Origin: TPA_inf: Saccharomyces
Taxonomy: Eukaryota
NCBI GenBank assembly: GCA_000146045.2
Contig: BK006938.2
Location: 1,152,001 to 1,216,000, forward strand
Reading direction: 5' to 3'
Length of the DNA: 64,000 bases
Position numbers and translations under genes: made by a program
Notes under the pieces: generated by a model
Told to the model about the DNA's origin: nothing
What the model saw: the letters and a program-made list of their open reading frames with translations, nothing else
The model's database searches: none
In this document: piece after piece, positions 34,412-46,893 of the stretch
How positions within the stretch are numbered: the first letter of the stretch is position 1
Layout of the letters: each line of letters starts with the position of its first letter

Positions 34412-36941
34412 GAGAAATTTGATTGATGATTTGAAGAAAGATGTGCCAATGTCTCAGCCCTTGAAAGAACAAGAAGTAAGAGAACACCAAATGAAGAAAG
34501 AGCGATTTGACCGTGCTTTAGAGAGTAAATTACTAGGAAAAAGACACATAACATACGCAAATTCTGATATTTCTAATAAGGAACTTTACATTAATGAAAT
34601 CAAGAGTTTGAAGCATGAAATCAAAGAATTAAGAAAGGAAAAAAACGATACTCTCAATAATTATGATACCCTTGAAGAAGAAACAGATGACTTGAAGAAC
34701 AGATTACAAGCGCTGGAAAAAGAGCTGGACGCCAAAAATAAAATTGTGAATTCAAGAAAAGTAGATGATCATTCTGGATGCATAGAAGAACGTGAACAAA
34801 TGGAAAGAAAGTTGGCTGAATTAGAAAGAAAACTGAAAACTGTGAAAGACCAAGTGCTAGAATTAGAGAATAATAGTGACGTACAAAGTTTAAAATTGAG
34901 ATCTAAGGAGGATGAATTGAAGAATTTAATGAATGAGTTGAATGAATTGAAGAGCAATGCAGAAGAAAAGGATACACAGTTGGAATTCAAGAAAAATGAA
35001 CTGAGGAAACGAACAAATGAATTAAATGAGTTGAAAATCAAGTCTGATGAGATGGATTTACAACTAAAACAAAAACAAAATGAATCAAAAAGATTAAAAG
35101 ATGAATTAAATGAGCTTGAAACCAAATTCAGCGAAAATGGTTCTCAGTCTTCTGCAAAAGAAAATGAATTGAAAATGCTGAAAAATAAAATAGCCGAGCT
35201 AGAGGAAGAGATTAGCACGAAAAATTCACAGTTAATCGCAAAAGAAGGTAAGTTAGCATCATTAATGGCTCAGCTAACTCAATTGGAGAGTAAACTTAAT
35301 CAAAGAGACTCCCAGTTGGGCTCAAGGGAAGAAGAATTGAAAAAAACAAACGATAAGCTACAAAAAGATATCAGGATAGCAAGAGAGGAAACAGTTTCAA
35401 AGGATGAACGGATAATTGATCTTCAAAAAAAGGTTAAACAGCTAGAAAATGACTTATTTGTGATAAAAAAAACGCACAGTGAGTCTAAAACTATTACTGA
35501 TAATGAACTAGAATCTAAAGATAAACTTATTAAAATTTTAGAAAACGATTTAAAGGTTGCACAAGAGAAGTACTCTAAAATGGAAAAAGAGCTCAAAGAA
35601 AGGGAATTTAACTATAAAATTTCCGAATCAAAGTTGGAAGATGAAAAGACCACGCTAAATGAAAAAATTTCTAACTTAGCCGCAGAAAACTCACAGCTAA
35701 AAAATAAAATAGAGGACAATTCGACTGCCACTCACCATATGAAAGAAAACTATGAGAAGCAGTTAGAATCGCTAAGGAAAGATATTGAAGAGTACAAAGA
35801 AAGCGCAAAAGATTCTGAAGACAAAATTGAGGAACTAAAAATTAGGATTGCTGAAAATTCTGCTAAAGTATCGGAGAAAAGATCAAAGGATATAAAACAA
35901 AAAGATGAACAGATCAGCGACCTCACTCAGAATCTAAAACTACAAGAAGATGAGATAAGCTCATTAAAATCCATAATTGACAGGTACAAAAAAGATTTCA
36001 ATCAATTGAAATCTGAACAGAGTAATATCCAACATGACCTAAATTTACAAATACTAAATCTGGAAAATAAGTTAATAGAGAGCGAGGATGAATTAAAGTC
36101 ACTAAGAGATTCTCAAAAAATTGAAATAGAAAACTGGAAGAGAAAGTATAACAATCTTTCACTGGAAAATGACAGATTGTTGACAGAAAAAGAATCCGCA
36201 TCAGACAAAGAGCGCGAGATATCCATCTTGAACAGAAAACTTGATGAAATGGATAAAGAAAAATGGAACTTACAGGAATCTAAAGAAAAATATAAACGCG
36301 AACTACAGAAGGTGATTACTGCTAATGATCGTTTGAGAAGAGAGAAAGAGGAGTTGAATGAAAACAGCAATAATATTCGTATCATGGAAGACAAGATGAC
36401 TAGGATAAAAAAAAATTATTTGAGTGAAATCACTTCTTTACAAGAGGAAAATAGGAGACTTGAAGAACGCCTCATATTAAATGAGAGGCGTAAAGACAAT
36501 GATTCAACTATGCAATTAAATGACATCATAAGCTATTATAAATTGAAGTATCACTCAGAAGTAAGACACAACAACGATCTTAAGGTGATCAATGATTATT
36601 TAAACAAGGTTCTTGCTTTGGGGACCCGTCGTTTAAGATTGGACACAAGGAAAGGTGAGCACAGTCTAAACATTTCACTTCCAGACGATGATGAACTAGA
36701 TCGTGATTACTACAATAGCCATGTTTATACAAGGTATCATGACTATGAATACCCGCTTAGATTCAATTTAAACAGAAGAGGTCCCTATTTCGAACGCCGC
36801 TTAAGCTTCAAAACAGTTGCCCTTTTAGTGCTTGCTTGTGTGAGGATGAAAAGGATTGCTTTTTACAGGAGATCAGACGATAACAGATTGCGAATACTAA
36901 GAGATAGAATTGAGAGTAGCAGCGGGCGTATATCTTGGTAG
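34107..36941 (+). CDS. SPC110: Spindle pole body inner-plaque coiled-coil protein, 944 aa.
   Basis: N-terminal NLS (KKRQRR), about 650 aa of heptad-rich coiled coil with repeated NELNELK motifs, and a C-terminal globular region. Confidence 0.9.
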
Positions 36942-37198
36942 TATCGCTTACTCTATCATCATATTTCTCGTATGTACATCGACTCCTACGCAGACTGATC
37001 TTCAAGCGAGCCACCGTGAATGTGGAAGCATAAACAGATGAGAAACCTTTTTGTTTCTGAGATCGTGACCTTAGATTGTAGTGTGCTAATCTCCCTAGTA
37101 TTGACTACTTTGCGTTTATTCATTTCTTTCTCCAATAGAAATACAGCATAAAACATACGTAGGGTATATCTATGTATGTGGTATATTTGTATTATAAG

Positions 37199-37582
<384 letters not shown>

Positions 37583-38058
37583 CTAACCTAGTTGAATATA
37601 CTGCTAATGAATGCTAAAATACACAAATTTCATGTAAAAAAACCCCGCGAATTTTGTGTTATGGTTAAAAAATAACTGTAACTGAAATTACCCAAATTGG
37701 AGAAAACTTGTTAAGTCCTTATTTTAGCTACTGTGGATGGCTCCCTCTGTGGAAATAGCAGCAATTTTGGCCATTTACCATGTTCTAGAAAACGGCTAAA
37801 AAACAAATAATGACCCCGAATATTTTAAATCGCAAAACCTAAAATAACCTGCTATTTAACTCAATAACCTATGACAGATTAGCAAAAAGCCCTAAAATTT
37901 ATAACTTAAAACCTAATGGTATTTTTAAAGGGGTGAATATTGCGCATAACCATTTCAAGTTAAAAACCCTTATATCATTATATAAAAAATATCTTAATAA
38001 AGAAGCAATTTGGGACAAGTCACTACTTCAAGTATAACCCAGACAAGAGTCTTTTAAA

Positions 38059-39732
38059 ATGCCACAAAGAATTGAGCTTACCTCCGAACCAGTCAGAAAA
38101 CCGCGGTCTACTGAGAGCTCACTACTCAGAAAGATACAAAGAGCGTGTAGATCCACATTGCCTGAACCAGATTTGGGCTTGAACTTAGATGTAGCTGACT
38201 ATATCAACTCAAAGCAAGGAGCAACCCCTAGAGAGGCTGTGTTAGCAATTGAAAAATTGGTCAATAATGGGGACACGCAAGCAGCTGTTTTTGCACTTTC
38301 ACTACTAGACGTGCTGGTAAAAAATTGTGGTTACTCTATACATTTGCAAATCTCCAGGAAGGAATTCTTAAATGATCTAGTGAAAAGATTTCCAGAGCAA
38401 CCACCATTGAGATATTCCAAGGTGCAACAAATGATTCTTGAAGCCATCGAGGAATGGTACCAAACCATCTGCAAACATGCCAGCTACAAAGATGATCTTC
38501 AATATATCAACGACATGCATAAATTACTGAAATACAAGGGTTATACTTTCCCAAAAGTTGGGAGTGAAAACTTGGCGGTGTTGAGACCGAATGACCAACT
38601 GAGGACACCTAGTGAGCTACAGGAAGAACAGGAAAGAGCTCAAGCTGCAAAACTAGAAGAGCTGCTAAGAAGCGGCAAGCCCGATGATTTGAAAGAAGCT
38701 AATAAACTGATGAAAATTATGGCGGGATTTAAGGATGACACTAAAGTAGCAGTCAAACAAGCAATTAACAATGAACTAAATAAACTCAAAAGAAAAGCTG
38801 ATTTATTCAACGAAATGTTGACTTCAGCCGATGAGCCTGATCTTGAAAATGAAGCTATTCAAGAATTGTATGGCGACTTAAAATCAGCGCAGCCGAAATT
38901 CAAAAAGCTTATTGAGGAAGAACGCGATGACGATGCGCTTGTTAGTAATCTATCAAAATTTAACGATCTAGTGATCCAATTGTTAAAAAGGTACAAGTCA
39001 ATAAAAGGTATGAAGGAAGAAGAACTAAATGTCCCCGATACGAATGAACCGGCAAAAGAGCTTAATTTGATAGATTTTGATGACGATACAACAGCAAACA
39101 CTCCATCTGTGACATCTCCAAGCAAATCTTTGCAACCTTTTGACGATCTTTTAGGGGATTTTAATAAGGTAAGTTTATCATCCCCAAAGTCTCCTCAAGA
39201 AAACGACACTGTTGTTGATATACTTGGTGACGCTCACTCAAAGTCATCTGGTATAGATTTATTAGATTTTGATTCGCAACCTGGAGAAAGTAAAACCGCT
39301 CTGTCCGCATATTCTAACTCGATTGTTCTACCTAATGGTTTACTAAATAGTTCAAGTAACTCCAAGGAAATCACAGCTCAATCGCAAAGACATATACTTA
39401 ACCAATCGGATCACTTACGCATTGATTACGAATTAACTCGTGAGTCGATGACAAAACTACGATTAGTTATCTTCTATTCAAACATAAGCAGTGATCCAAT
39501 AACTAATTTTGCACTTTTAGTGGCATCACCTAAAGGCACGACATTGTCTCTGCAACCGCAATCGGGCAATATGCTCCAAAGTAACTCCAGAGATGGTATC
39601 AAACAGATTGCTTCCGTAGAGGGTATATCTGTTAATTTAGGTAAGCCCATAAAATTGAAATGGAAGGCTAATTACTGCACCAAGGGTGATTCGAAGGAAG
39701 AATCGGGCACGACCAGTTTGCCCACAATATAA
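38059..39732 (+). CDS. GGA1: Golgi-localised gamma-adaptin-ear-containing ARF-binding protein, 557 aa.
   Basis: Complete 557 aa ORF with an N-terminal VHS-like region, a central GAT-like coiled coil and a C-terminal ear. Confidence 0.85.
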   Translation: MPQRIELTSEPVRKPRSTESSLLRKIQRACRSTLPEPDLGLNLDVADYINSKQGATPREAVLAIEKLVNNGDTQAAVFALSLLDVLVKNCGYSIHLQISRKEFLNDLVKRFPEQPPLRYSKVQQMILEAIEEWYQTICKHASYKDDLQYINDMHKLLKYKGYTFPKVGSENLAVLRPNDQLRTPSELQEEQERAQAAKLEELLRSGKPDDLKEANKLMKIMAGFKDDTKVAVKQAINNELNKLKRKADLFNEMLTSADEPDLENEAIQELYGDLKSAQPKFKKLIEEERDDDALVSNLSKFNDLVIQLLKRYKSIKGMKEEELNVPDTNEPAKELNLIDFDDDTTANTPSVTSPSKSLQPFDDLLGDFNKVSLSSPKSPQENDTVVDILGDAHSKSSGIDLLDFDSQPGESKTALSAYSNSIVLPNGLLNSSSNSKEITAQSQRHILNQSDHLRIDYELTRESMTKLRLVIFYSNISSDPITNFALLVASPKGTTLSLQPQSGNMLQSNSRDGIKQIASVEGISVNLGKPIKLKWKANYCTKGDSKEESGTTSLPTI

Positions 39733-39935
39733 TCAAATTCGGTAGAGAAGTTGAAAAAAAAGTAGATGCCATATTATATTACAGAGAACAGAGTGTTACG
39801 CCAACATACTAAACCAGAGAAGTAAAACGTTTTACTTATATATAATAGTATTCGTAAATTTATAAAAATCAAAAAACCAATATAAGCCTGGTTAAAAAAA
39901 AAAAAAGATCAGTATCGTAAAGTCGTAAAGTTAGG

Positions 39936-42884
39936 TCATTGTTTTTGGAACCTTTGTAAAATCTCCTGTGGAGTTGGTGACTTTATCCTTGGAGCAGAAT
40001 TAATGTTAGAAATATTGGAAAGAGAAGATTGAGATGGAGATGATTTCGGTGGCGGAGCTTGAGACCCTGGTTGTAGTTGCTGCAGTTGCTGCACATGACT
40101 GGACTCCTCCTGTAACTGCTGCCTTTGCTGTTGAATCTGGTGCTGCTTTAGCTGTTGCTGTTGTTCTCTCAAGGTTCTATAATAGTTTTTTGCCGCCTTA
40201 AGGGCCATCTCAGGACCAATGTCTGGTTTTTGCTCCAACAACTTCCTCGAGTAACTTTCAATGATATCTTGCTCAGTATACTGTTTCTGGTTTGGTCTTG
40301 GAGCCGACGCTTGCCCATTTCTAGCCAAATTTGAAGAAGATTTGCCATTTGAAGGTATTGGACTTTGAGCTCGGGATGAATGTGCCTGCTGACTTTGCTG
40401 TTGCCTCTGTTGTAATCTATTTTTCACTGTTCTTCTCAATTGTATATCCCTTCTCAATGCCTCATCTCTTTGGGCTTTCAAAAGCGACATTTCTGCTGGG
40501 GTAGGGACCTTCATGTTTTTACAATCTAACGGTTTCCTTGGCTGGGTTGGATTGGGACGCGGCGTATTTTCTCTTTTTTTCATACATTTTCTAATCGCCT
40601 CAAACATGCTCGCCCAACGGAGTCTCCTATGACCTCTTTGTATGGATTCTGTATTTACACCTAAAGGCGATATTCTTCTATTCTGTCTCTGCTGAAATTT
40701 ATGGGCTTCAATCAACCACTGTTGAGCACTATGTGCTCTGGGACCCTTGAGGTCACTAAAATTGAATCGTTCATTTAATTGTACAAAACGCTCAAAACAC
40801 TGCCATGGCGTTCTACGTTCAATATTCGATAAATAAGAATATGTGAGGCGATGTGTCATATGTGCACTAATCAATTCCCAATTGTAGCCATATGTGTTAA
40901 TATTTTTGACCAGTTCCTGATCGTCCTCAGACAGCCATATAGTCGGTGTTCTATTTTGAAGATAGCGTAATGAAGGTACTGCTGGTGGTCTTAAATAATG
41001 ATTTCTTCTATTACCATAGAACATACCCCGCCTTTTGCTCAATTGTGATATTGATGGTTCTTCGTCAATCAATTGACGCTCAAGTAACTTATAAAATCCA
41101 TTATCATCCAGTGACACTACCGATTTGGAAATTGGAATAAATGGTAAAGAATCATCTTTTTTTGGCCGTTCTTCATTAATACCATTATACAGCGGTAAAT
41201 CCTGTATTAATGTTTTTTCAAAAGTATTGAGTTCGTCAACAAAGATTGAAAGTTTAAATGGGGGGGCTAGCTCTTTCTTTGATTCTTCGGTTTCGATCAA
41301 CGCTGATGATGCAGCTACTTCATGTTGTATTAAAACAACTTCGCTTGAGGAGGATGGCTTTTTTAGAAGTAACTTGGTGTCAATAGAAGATATAATTTGA
41401 TCGTGGGCACCTTCTTGAGATAACAAACCATCTGCAAAATCAAAATCACTCTTAGCTCCTGCTTCATTCTTTCCATTCTCATCATTATCGTTAGCAGCAG
41501 CACTTTCTTTTTCAGTAATATCGTCAACGTTCGCAATAATTCCAATGTCATCCTTACCGGCTATGCTAATATCGGAATCATTTCTTGAAGTATCCGATGG
41601 TCTACCGGACTTTTCAGATATGCGCCCGTCGTCAGATAATTTATTTTCCTTACCAGGTAGAAGTGTTTTACGTTTTACACAGCATATTTCCCCATAGGTC
41701 CAGTAGTCCTTGATTGCCTGTGCCATTGCTGTGCAGATAGCTACTTTATATTTGTGGCCCTCTTTAAAATCTGCTTGCATCCATTTAGCTTCTTCTAAAA
41801 GTATGTTTTGATGCGTATTGTGTTGTTTCCACGGATCGATGAATCTTTTAGGTTGTCTTAAAGACCATAATCCAAGTCTTCTTAGTTCTTCTATTCGCGA
41901 GCCAACAACAGTAATTCTGGCCTCGTTTAAGGCGTTGTTTATAATATTAGTGGTCAAAGCCTTGTGAGCTCTCGGTATTAGATTAATAAGAGGCAGAGTT
42001 TGTGACATGTACTTCAATTCTGCTAAGGGCAAAGCCTGGGGTATTTTCGATGGTATATAATCGTTCATTAATAAAAATACGGTCTCTAATGCGTCAACAT
42101 TGTTCTCGTTATAATGGTCTGATGTATCTATCTCTTTCGCCATAATGTTCTTTATCAACGGATCCTTGAATTTTACTGCAGGTTGCACCTCAGTGGGATC
42201 TGCTGGTGGGTACTCGATGTTCTCATAATAAGTGTAGTGTGCTAATGCATTAGGCACTGGGGGACGCGGCGAAATAGGTAATGAAGCCATTTCCGAATTA
42301 TTAGAAGATTCCAATGACTGAGATTGCATCTTCTGTCTTTTTTCATGTCGCTCTTCTTCACCTCCCATAGTTGACTCAAGTGGCCTTTTGTTCCACATAC
42401 CTCCTGTCTTTTCAGCTGGCCTCAAAGAATCCATCATATTTTCACGGATTGAATTATCGTGGCTTGGAACAAAATGACTCTCTGATTTGACTGATACATT
42501 TTCGCTATTTTCTGGCAGTTCCCTACTCATTTTAGAATCGGATAGCCTCTGGTTAGGTACATTTATTAAATTTACATCCTTCAATTTCTTTTTTGTTATG
42601 GGAGTCGCAGCTGTATGTAGGAGCTTCGGCAGTGACGCCTCGTCAAACCTTATACCCCTTCGTATATCGTTTTTCTTTAAAAATGCATCTATTTCCTTCC
42701 GAAGTTTGTTTTCATCTGTTAACTCTAGCAGCTGGTTCAAGCGGGATACGCAGTATAGTTCGGTCAGTTTTCTATCTCTTTCATCAATTAAGTCATCTGC
42801 CTTAGGAAATTTACTTCTATCACTGCTCTGGTCCTCACTGAGTGATGCTGAATTAGGCACTGCTGAACTTGGACGTGAGGACAT
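39936..42884 (-). CDS. EAF1: NuA4 histone acetyltransferase scaffold subunit with HSA and SANT-like domains, 982 aa, and a Q-rich C-terminus.
   Basis: Complete 982 aa ORF with a poly-Q/CAG-CTG-rich 3' end (QQQQLKQHQIQQQRQQLQEE). Confidence 0.85.
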   Translation of the reverse strand: MSSRPSSAVPNSASLSEDQSSDRSKFPKADDLIDERDRKLTELYCVSRLNQLLELTDENKLRKEIDAFLKKNDIRRGIRFDEASLPKLLHTAATPITKKKLKDVNLINVPNQRLSDSKMSRELPENSENVSVKSESHFVPSHDNSIRENMMDSLRPAEKTGGMWNKRPLESTMGGEEERHEKRQKMQSQSLESSNNSEMASLPISPRPPVPNALAHYTYYENIEYPPADPTEVQPAVKFKDPLIKNIMAKEIDTSDHYNENNVDALETVFLLMNDYIPSKIPQALPLAELKYMSQTLPLINLIPRAHKALTTNIINNALNEARITVVGSRIEELRRLGLWSLRQPKRFIDPWKQHNTHQNILLEEAKWMQADFKEGHKYKVAICTAMAQAIKDYWTYGEICCVKRKTLLPGKENKLSDDGRISEKSGRPSDTSRNDSDISIAGKDDIGIIANVDDITEKESAAANDNDENGKNEAGAKSDFDFADGLLSQEGAHDQIISSIDTKLLLKKPSSSSEVVLIQHEVAASSALIETEESKKELAPPFKLSIFVDELNTFEKTLIQDLPLYNGINEERPKKDDSLPFIPISKSVVSLDDNGFYKLLERQLIDEEPSISQLSKRRGMFYGNRRNHYLRPPAVPSLRYLQNRTPTIWLSEDDQELVKNINTYGYNWELISAHMTHRLTYSYLSNIERRTPWQCFERFVQLNERFNFSDLKGPRAHSAQQWLIEAHKFQQRQNRRISPLGVNTESIQRGHRRLRWASMFEAIRKCMKKRENTPRPNPTQPRKPLDCKNMKVPTPAEMSLLKAQRDEALRRDIQLRRTVKNRLQQRQQQSQQAHSSRAQSPIPSNGKSSSNLARNGQASAPRPNQKQYTEQDIIESYSRKLLEQKPDIGPEMALKAAKNYYRTLREQQQQLKQHQIQQQRQQLQEESSHVQQLQQLQPGSQAPPPKSSPSQSSLSNISNINSAPRIKSPTPQEILQRFQKQ

Positions 42885-43032
42885 CTTTGAGGCGGAAACT
42901 GTACTTTTGATTATGATGTCTCTAAATAATCTTTATATTCTATCTGTTCGGCGGCTAACGCCTACGGGTAATAGCCGGCCTTTGAAAATTTCGCGGCTGC
43001 AGCAAGTACGCAAAAATCCTTATCCCTTCTAA
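42598..43032 (+). CDS. OPI7: Small ORF of 144 aa from the internal Met, overlapping the EAF1 5' end on the opposite strand; probably non-coding (dubious).
   Basis: ORF-track ORF 42487..43032 contains an internal Met giving 144 aa. By position it matches the dubious ORF YDR360W/OPI7 as I recall. Confidence 0.2.
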   Translation: MGVAAVCRSFGSDASSNLIPLRISFFFKNASISFRSLFSSVNSSSWFKRDTQYSSVSFLSLSSIKSSALGNLLLSLLWSSLSDAELGTAELGREDIFEAETVLLIMMSLNNLYILSVRRLTPTGNSRPLKISRLQQVRKNPYPF

Positions 43033-43411
43033 CGGTTCGAAAGGGGGAAGAACCAGAAATTTTGTAGTTACGCCGCAAATACCTGTATGCCCCGGCTCAA
43101 AATGCTCAACACTTATATGCTGACTATGTTCTATAAGGCTCAGGGTGAATGACCTTTCTTGAATTACAATCTGATTTCACTTTGCACAATATATACTATG
43201 TATTTTTATTGGAGCACACGACATTAAAAAGATGATCGCCCAGAAAAATTTTCAGCGGTGGCGGATTAATTTTTACTGTCCTCGGCAGCCCAAAATTATC
43301 CGTGTAGGATGACATAAAGGCTCAATGGCCGCTGCTGCTTCGTCTGTTAATAATATACAAATTGCACTAACTGTGCAGGGCAGTGATCGCAACTATTTAC
43401 TTTTCGTAAAA

Positions 43412-44263
43412 TTACCAAGTGGAAATTTCTGTTTCCAATTCATCGATACTTTTGACAAGGCCTTCGTGATCAAGAATCATGTATGAGCTGATAACACCCT
43501 TTTTAGCTTCTGATTCGAAGTGAATCTTGGCATATTTTTCAAAAAATCGGTCCTCCTCATGAAAGTAGTCTACTTCATCGGCCTTCACCCTTTTTTTGGA
43601 TCTTTCGTCTTTGTTTTTATTCCTCTTACCAGAGTCGGTATCATCGTCAGTGTCAAAATTTACTTCATACTTCCTGGTGACGATGATATAGAAGTCATAA
43701 TGTTTGTCATCGCCAAGTGCCGTGGCAACATCCTCCAACGTAATCTTGTATAAAGGTGGAACGACTTCCGGTGGCATATTAATCAGCCTTTCACTGAGAA
43801 CCAAAGCACAATTTTTATTACCACTATCAATCATAGTTTTGAAGAAAGTGGAAAGTCTCATGTCCACTTTTTGTAAATATTTGACATAATCACTTAGATG
43901 ATTAGCTTTGAAATCAACGAATGAAAGAAAACAGTATGGATCAGATTCTTTGCCGTCTGTTTTAATTGTGGTGGTTGGGGAACCTAGGATCAAATCTGCC
44001 AAGCTGCTTAGTTGAATCCTGGTACTTTCTTGAGGACCAAATAACTGACGCAGTAAATTCTTTAAAGCATGAAAATCAACTTCTGGGTTACCACCGAAAA
44101 AATCGAAGTCAATATTTACGATCTCTTCTTCTCCATTTTGCTCTTCTTCATTTTCTGAATCGGTGCTACTAATGTCAATTTCAGACTCGTCACTGCCATT
44201 TTCTTCCTCCACATTTTTTCTCTTCCTATTTTTTAAATCATTTAATTTGATAGCTTGAACCAT
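43412..44263 (-). CDS. BCP1: BCP1 family nuclear export/chaperone protein, 283 aa.
   Basis: Complete 283 aa ORF with an acidic N-terminus (ENEEEQNGEEE). Confidence 0.85.
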   Translation of the reverse strand: MVQAIKLNDLKNRKRKNVEEENGSDESEIDISSTDSENEEEQNGEEEIVNIDFDFFGGNPEVDFHALKNLLRQLFGPQESTRIQLSSLADLILGSPTTTIKTDGKESDPYCFLSFVDFKANHLSDYVKYLQKVDMRLSTFFKTMIDSGNKNCALVLSERLINMPPEVVPPLYKITLEDVATALGDDKHYDFYIIVTRKYEVNFDTDDDTDSGKRNKNKDERSKKRVKADEVDYFHEEDRFFEKYAKIHFESEAKKGVISSYMILDHEGLVKSIDELETEISTW

Positions 44264-44678
44264 ATTTGTGAGTTAATTAGCAATCCTATGAAAATGTGGG
44301 CCTCATGAACAATCTAAATGATAAAATTATAAGGACATAATAGATAATATATTGACAACTCTTTTTCAGATATTTTTTCTACCTCAATCTCATCGCGAGG
44401 AATATAGGCACGGAAAGAGAAACTCGTATAAAGTGACCACGGATATCGAGAATTTGATAATTTACCCTTAACTGAAGTTATGGCACAATATCTGTATAAA
44501 TTTTAATACATAATTTGCGGCAGGAATAACTGCAACAATACTCAAAGTTATTAGTGCTAGCCAGGCGATATTTTACATTAGGCTATTTTATTCCTTTTTC
44601 ATTTCAATAAAAAAAGATAGTTTTTTTCGTCAACAATAGTTCAATGTCACAAATTGTATTTATTACGTAAAGTCCATC

Positions 44679-46697
44679 TCATGACAGGTATTCGAGTGTT
44701 AATAGTCCAGCACTATTAGAAAATGCATAACATTTGCCTCCAGCGCTCGTTTCATTCCATTTTGTACATGTTATATTAATGCCGTGCGCATCTATTTTAG
44801 CTTTACTAACATCGTTGACCGTCAGCGGATACACTTCATAAGAACTATCAATTCTATATTTGTCATCTTTTATGCTATAATCCCATTTCCAAAGCCTTAA
44901 TGACTTTTGAGTTGCTGAACTGTTTTTAATGCCATGCAAAAGGCGCCTAGCTGCGTTGGTTATAATAAGACTTCCATCTGCTGATCCAGCAAGGACCATT
45001 GGATGTAATCTTGACACCCCAATGGCCGTTATGGTCGTCTCTCGCGACACTAAAGGATGAACTGCGAAAGCAGCCCTAGACGGCACAGCCCTTAAGGAAC
45101 TTGCACCATCTGAGTAAATATACGAGTAGATTTGAGGACAATAAACAACTGGAACCAAATTACTTCCCCTGAATCTGGACACCGTGGTCTTTGTTGTAGC
45201 AATGTCTTTTGGATTGAAAATGTAAAAGTAGCCGTCCACCGCAACTGTACTGACGACTGTATCTTCAAAATCTGAATAGGCTGTTGAAACGGATAATATG
45301 TAGGAGTCATGGACTTGGTCATAAAATGAAGGCACTTCAGGATCAGTCAAGTCAAACTCTGCTACAAATCCGTTCTTAAAGCCACAAACAACAGTAGTAG
45401 GAGATAAAAAATCAAAAGTAGTTATCAAACTGTCTGCCAGGGATAAAGTCAAAGAAGGCTTCTCACACATCTTAAACACGTGAACATCGGTTGCATTATC
45501 AATAATTTCCAAAAAATTTATTGTCCCTTCCTGGCTTACGAATGATAAACAGCCAACCAGATGAGGTGCGTGACATCCTTCGTGCCATTTAAGATCCCAC
45601 ACTTCACCAAATGAGTGTACAATGGTTTGAACTTTTACGCAATGTAGAGTAGAAGTATTCATTTTGAAAATTTGTATACAGGAGGAGTGCTTCTCCTTGT
45701 CAAACATTTCTAAATGCTCGTTCAAAGGCTCATCCATGTACTGTGATACCGCGACGGCTAAATATTGTATATCCTTGCCTATATCAGTATTTTCCTCTAT
45801 ATTAAGCCATGCAATATCTGTTACCAATCCTCCTACGTTGTAAATAAAGCCGCGCCTTTTGCCGTTAGCAAGCACCGGAAACTCTATTTTATCGCCAGTG
45901 GATACCTCTGCATCAACTTCCCCGATAAGTAACTTCAATCTCTTCGTTCTCAATTTGATCATATTCTCAAATTCAGTCTTATTAATTTCATGATATACGG
46001 TTCTGTTTTTATCCCCTATGACTTTATTATATGCACTTTCCTTTTTACACGGTGGATCTAAGCATACAAAATATGGAGAATCAGGCTGAATATTCTTGAA
46101 TGGGAAATCGAAAACGCTAGTTTCAAAGCCTTCCTTAACTTTTGCTAGCAACAATAACTTTTCCTTATTCAGTCCATAAATTCTTTCAATCTTGTCTCTT
46201 GCACTCGAAAGATCTTTTAGGAGCCTGATGGGACGGCCCTTCTGTCCTAGACTTGACCCTGGGGAGCTGCTCTTCATATTTTTAGTCGAATTCTTCTTCA
46301 AACGAAGTTTCTGTACAGTATTTCTTCTTCCACTGGGTCTAACAGAAGCTCCACTTCCACTACTGTTTAAATCCGCCACCTCATTTTTAGTAGACTCTAA
46401 CTCATTCTCAAATTCTATCTCAACATTGTCACTTTCCTCACCATCACCTTCATCATTCAATACAAAATCATCATCGTCGGTGTCATCAACATTATTGACT
46501 TGTGTAGTATTTATCACATCATCGCGACCAGCATGCACTAATTGTGCGAAATTTGCAACTGCTTTCTTAGATGCGTTTCTCCTCGGCCTTTTACTGCCTG
46601 AGTTTTCAGATACTGGGCTTGCCAAGCTATCATAGGGAACTTCTGCTACCACAGATTTTCTAGGTCTTCCTCTTTTCTTTGCCGGTATTACTGCCAT
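44679..46697 (-). CDS. TFC6: TFIIIC subunit (tau91) with WD40 repeats, 672 aa.
   Basis: ORF-track ORF is 674 aa (MAMAVIPAKK). A start at the second Met gives 672 aa. It has an N-terminal basic AT-hook-like KKRGRPRK. Confidence 0.8.
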   Translation of the reverse strand: MAVIPAKKRGRPRKSVVAEVPYDSLASPVSENSGSKRPRRNASKKAVANFAQLVHAGRDDVINTTQVNNVDDTDDDDFVLNDEGDGEESDNVEIEFENELESTKNEVADLNSSGSGASVRPSGRRNTVQKLRLKKNSTKNMKSSSPGSSLGQKGRPIRLLKDLSSARDKIERIYGLNKEKLLLLAKVKEGFETSVFDFPFKNIQPDSPYFVCLDPPCKKESAYNKVIGDKNRTVYHEINKTEFENMIKLRTKRLKLLIGEVDAEVSTGDKIEFPVLANGKRRGFIYNVGGLVTDIAWLNIEENTDIGKDIQYLAVAVSQYMDEPLNEHLEMFDKEKHSSCIQIFKMNTSTLHCVKVQTIVHSFGEVWDLKWHEGCHAPHLVGCLSFVSQEGTINFLEIIDNATDVHVFKMCEKPSLTLSLADSLITTFDFLSPTTVVCGFKNGFVAEFDLTDPEVPSFYDQVHDSYILSVSTAYSDFEDTVVSTVAVDGYFYIFNPKDIATTKTTVSRFRGSNLVPVVYCPQIYSYIYSDGASSLRAVPSRAAFAVHPLVSRETTITAIGVSRLHPMVLAGSADGSLIITNAARRLLHGIKNSSATQKSLRLWKWDYSIKDDKYRIDSSYEVYPLTVNDVSKAKIDAHGINITCTKWNETSAGGKCYAFSNSAGLLTLEYLS

Positions 46698-46893
46698 CGC
46701 CACAACTTAATATATTATTACACGTATCGCAATGGAGCAAGTTAGAGAAATTTCGCTAATGGATCAAAGAGTACTAGCTTTAGTTTTTAGGACATGAAAC
46801 TGCTCTTACTGAGTAGAAATCAAAGCTTTAACAACTCATCCAGGCTTTCTCGAACAAAAAATGGAATGTTGTTTATCTTCTTTTGCAACGTAG

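Noticed and set aside
34769-35125. 118 aa minus-strand Ser/Phe/Asn-rich ORF inside SPC110
   Set aside because: Antisense to the coiled-coil region. Its repetitive FNSFNSF sequence is the complement of the NELNELK repeats.
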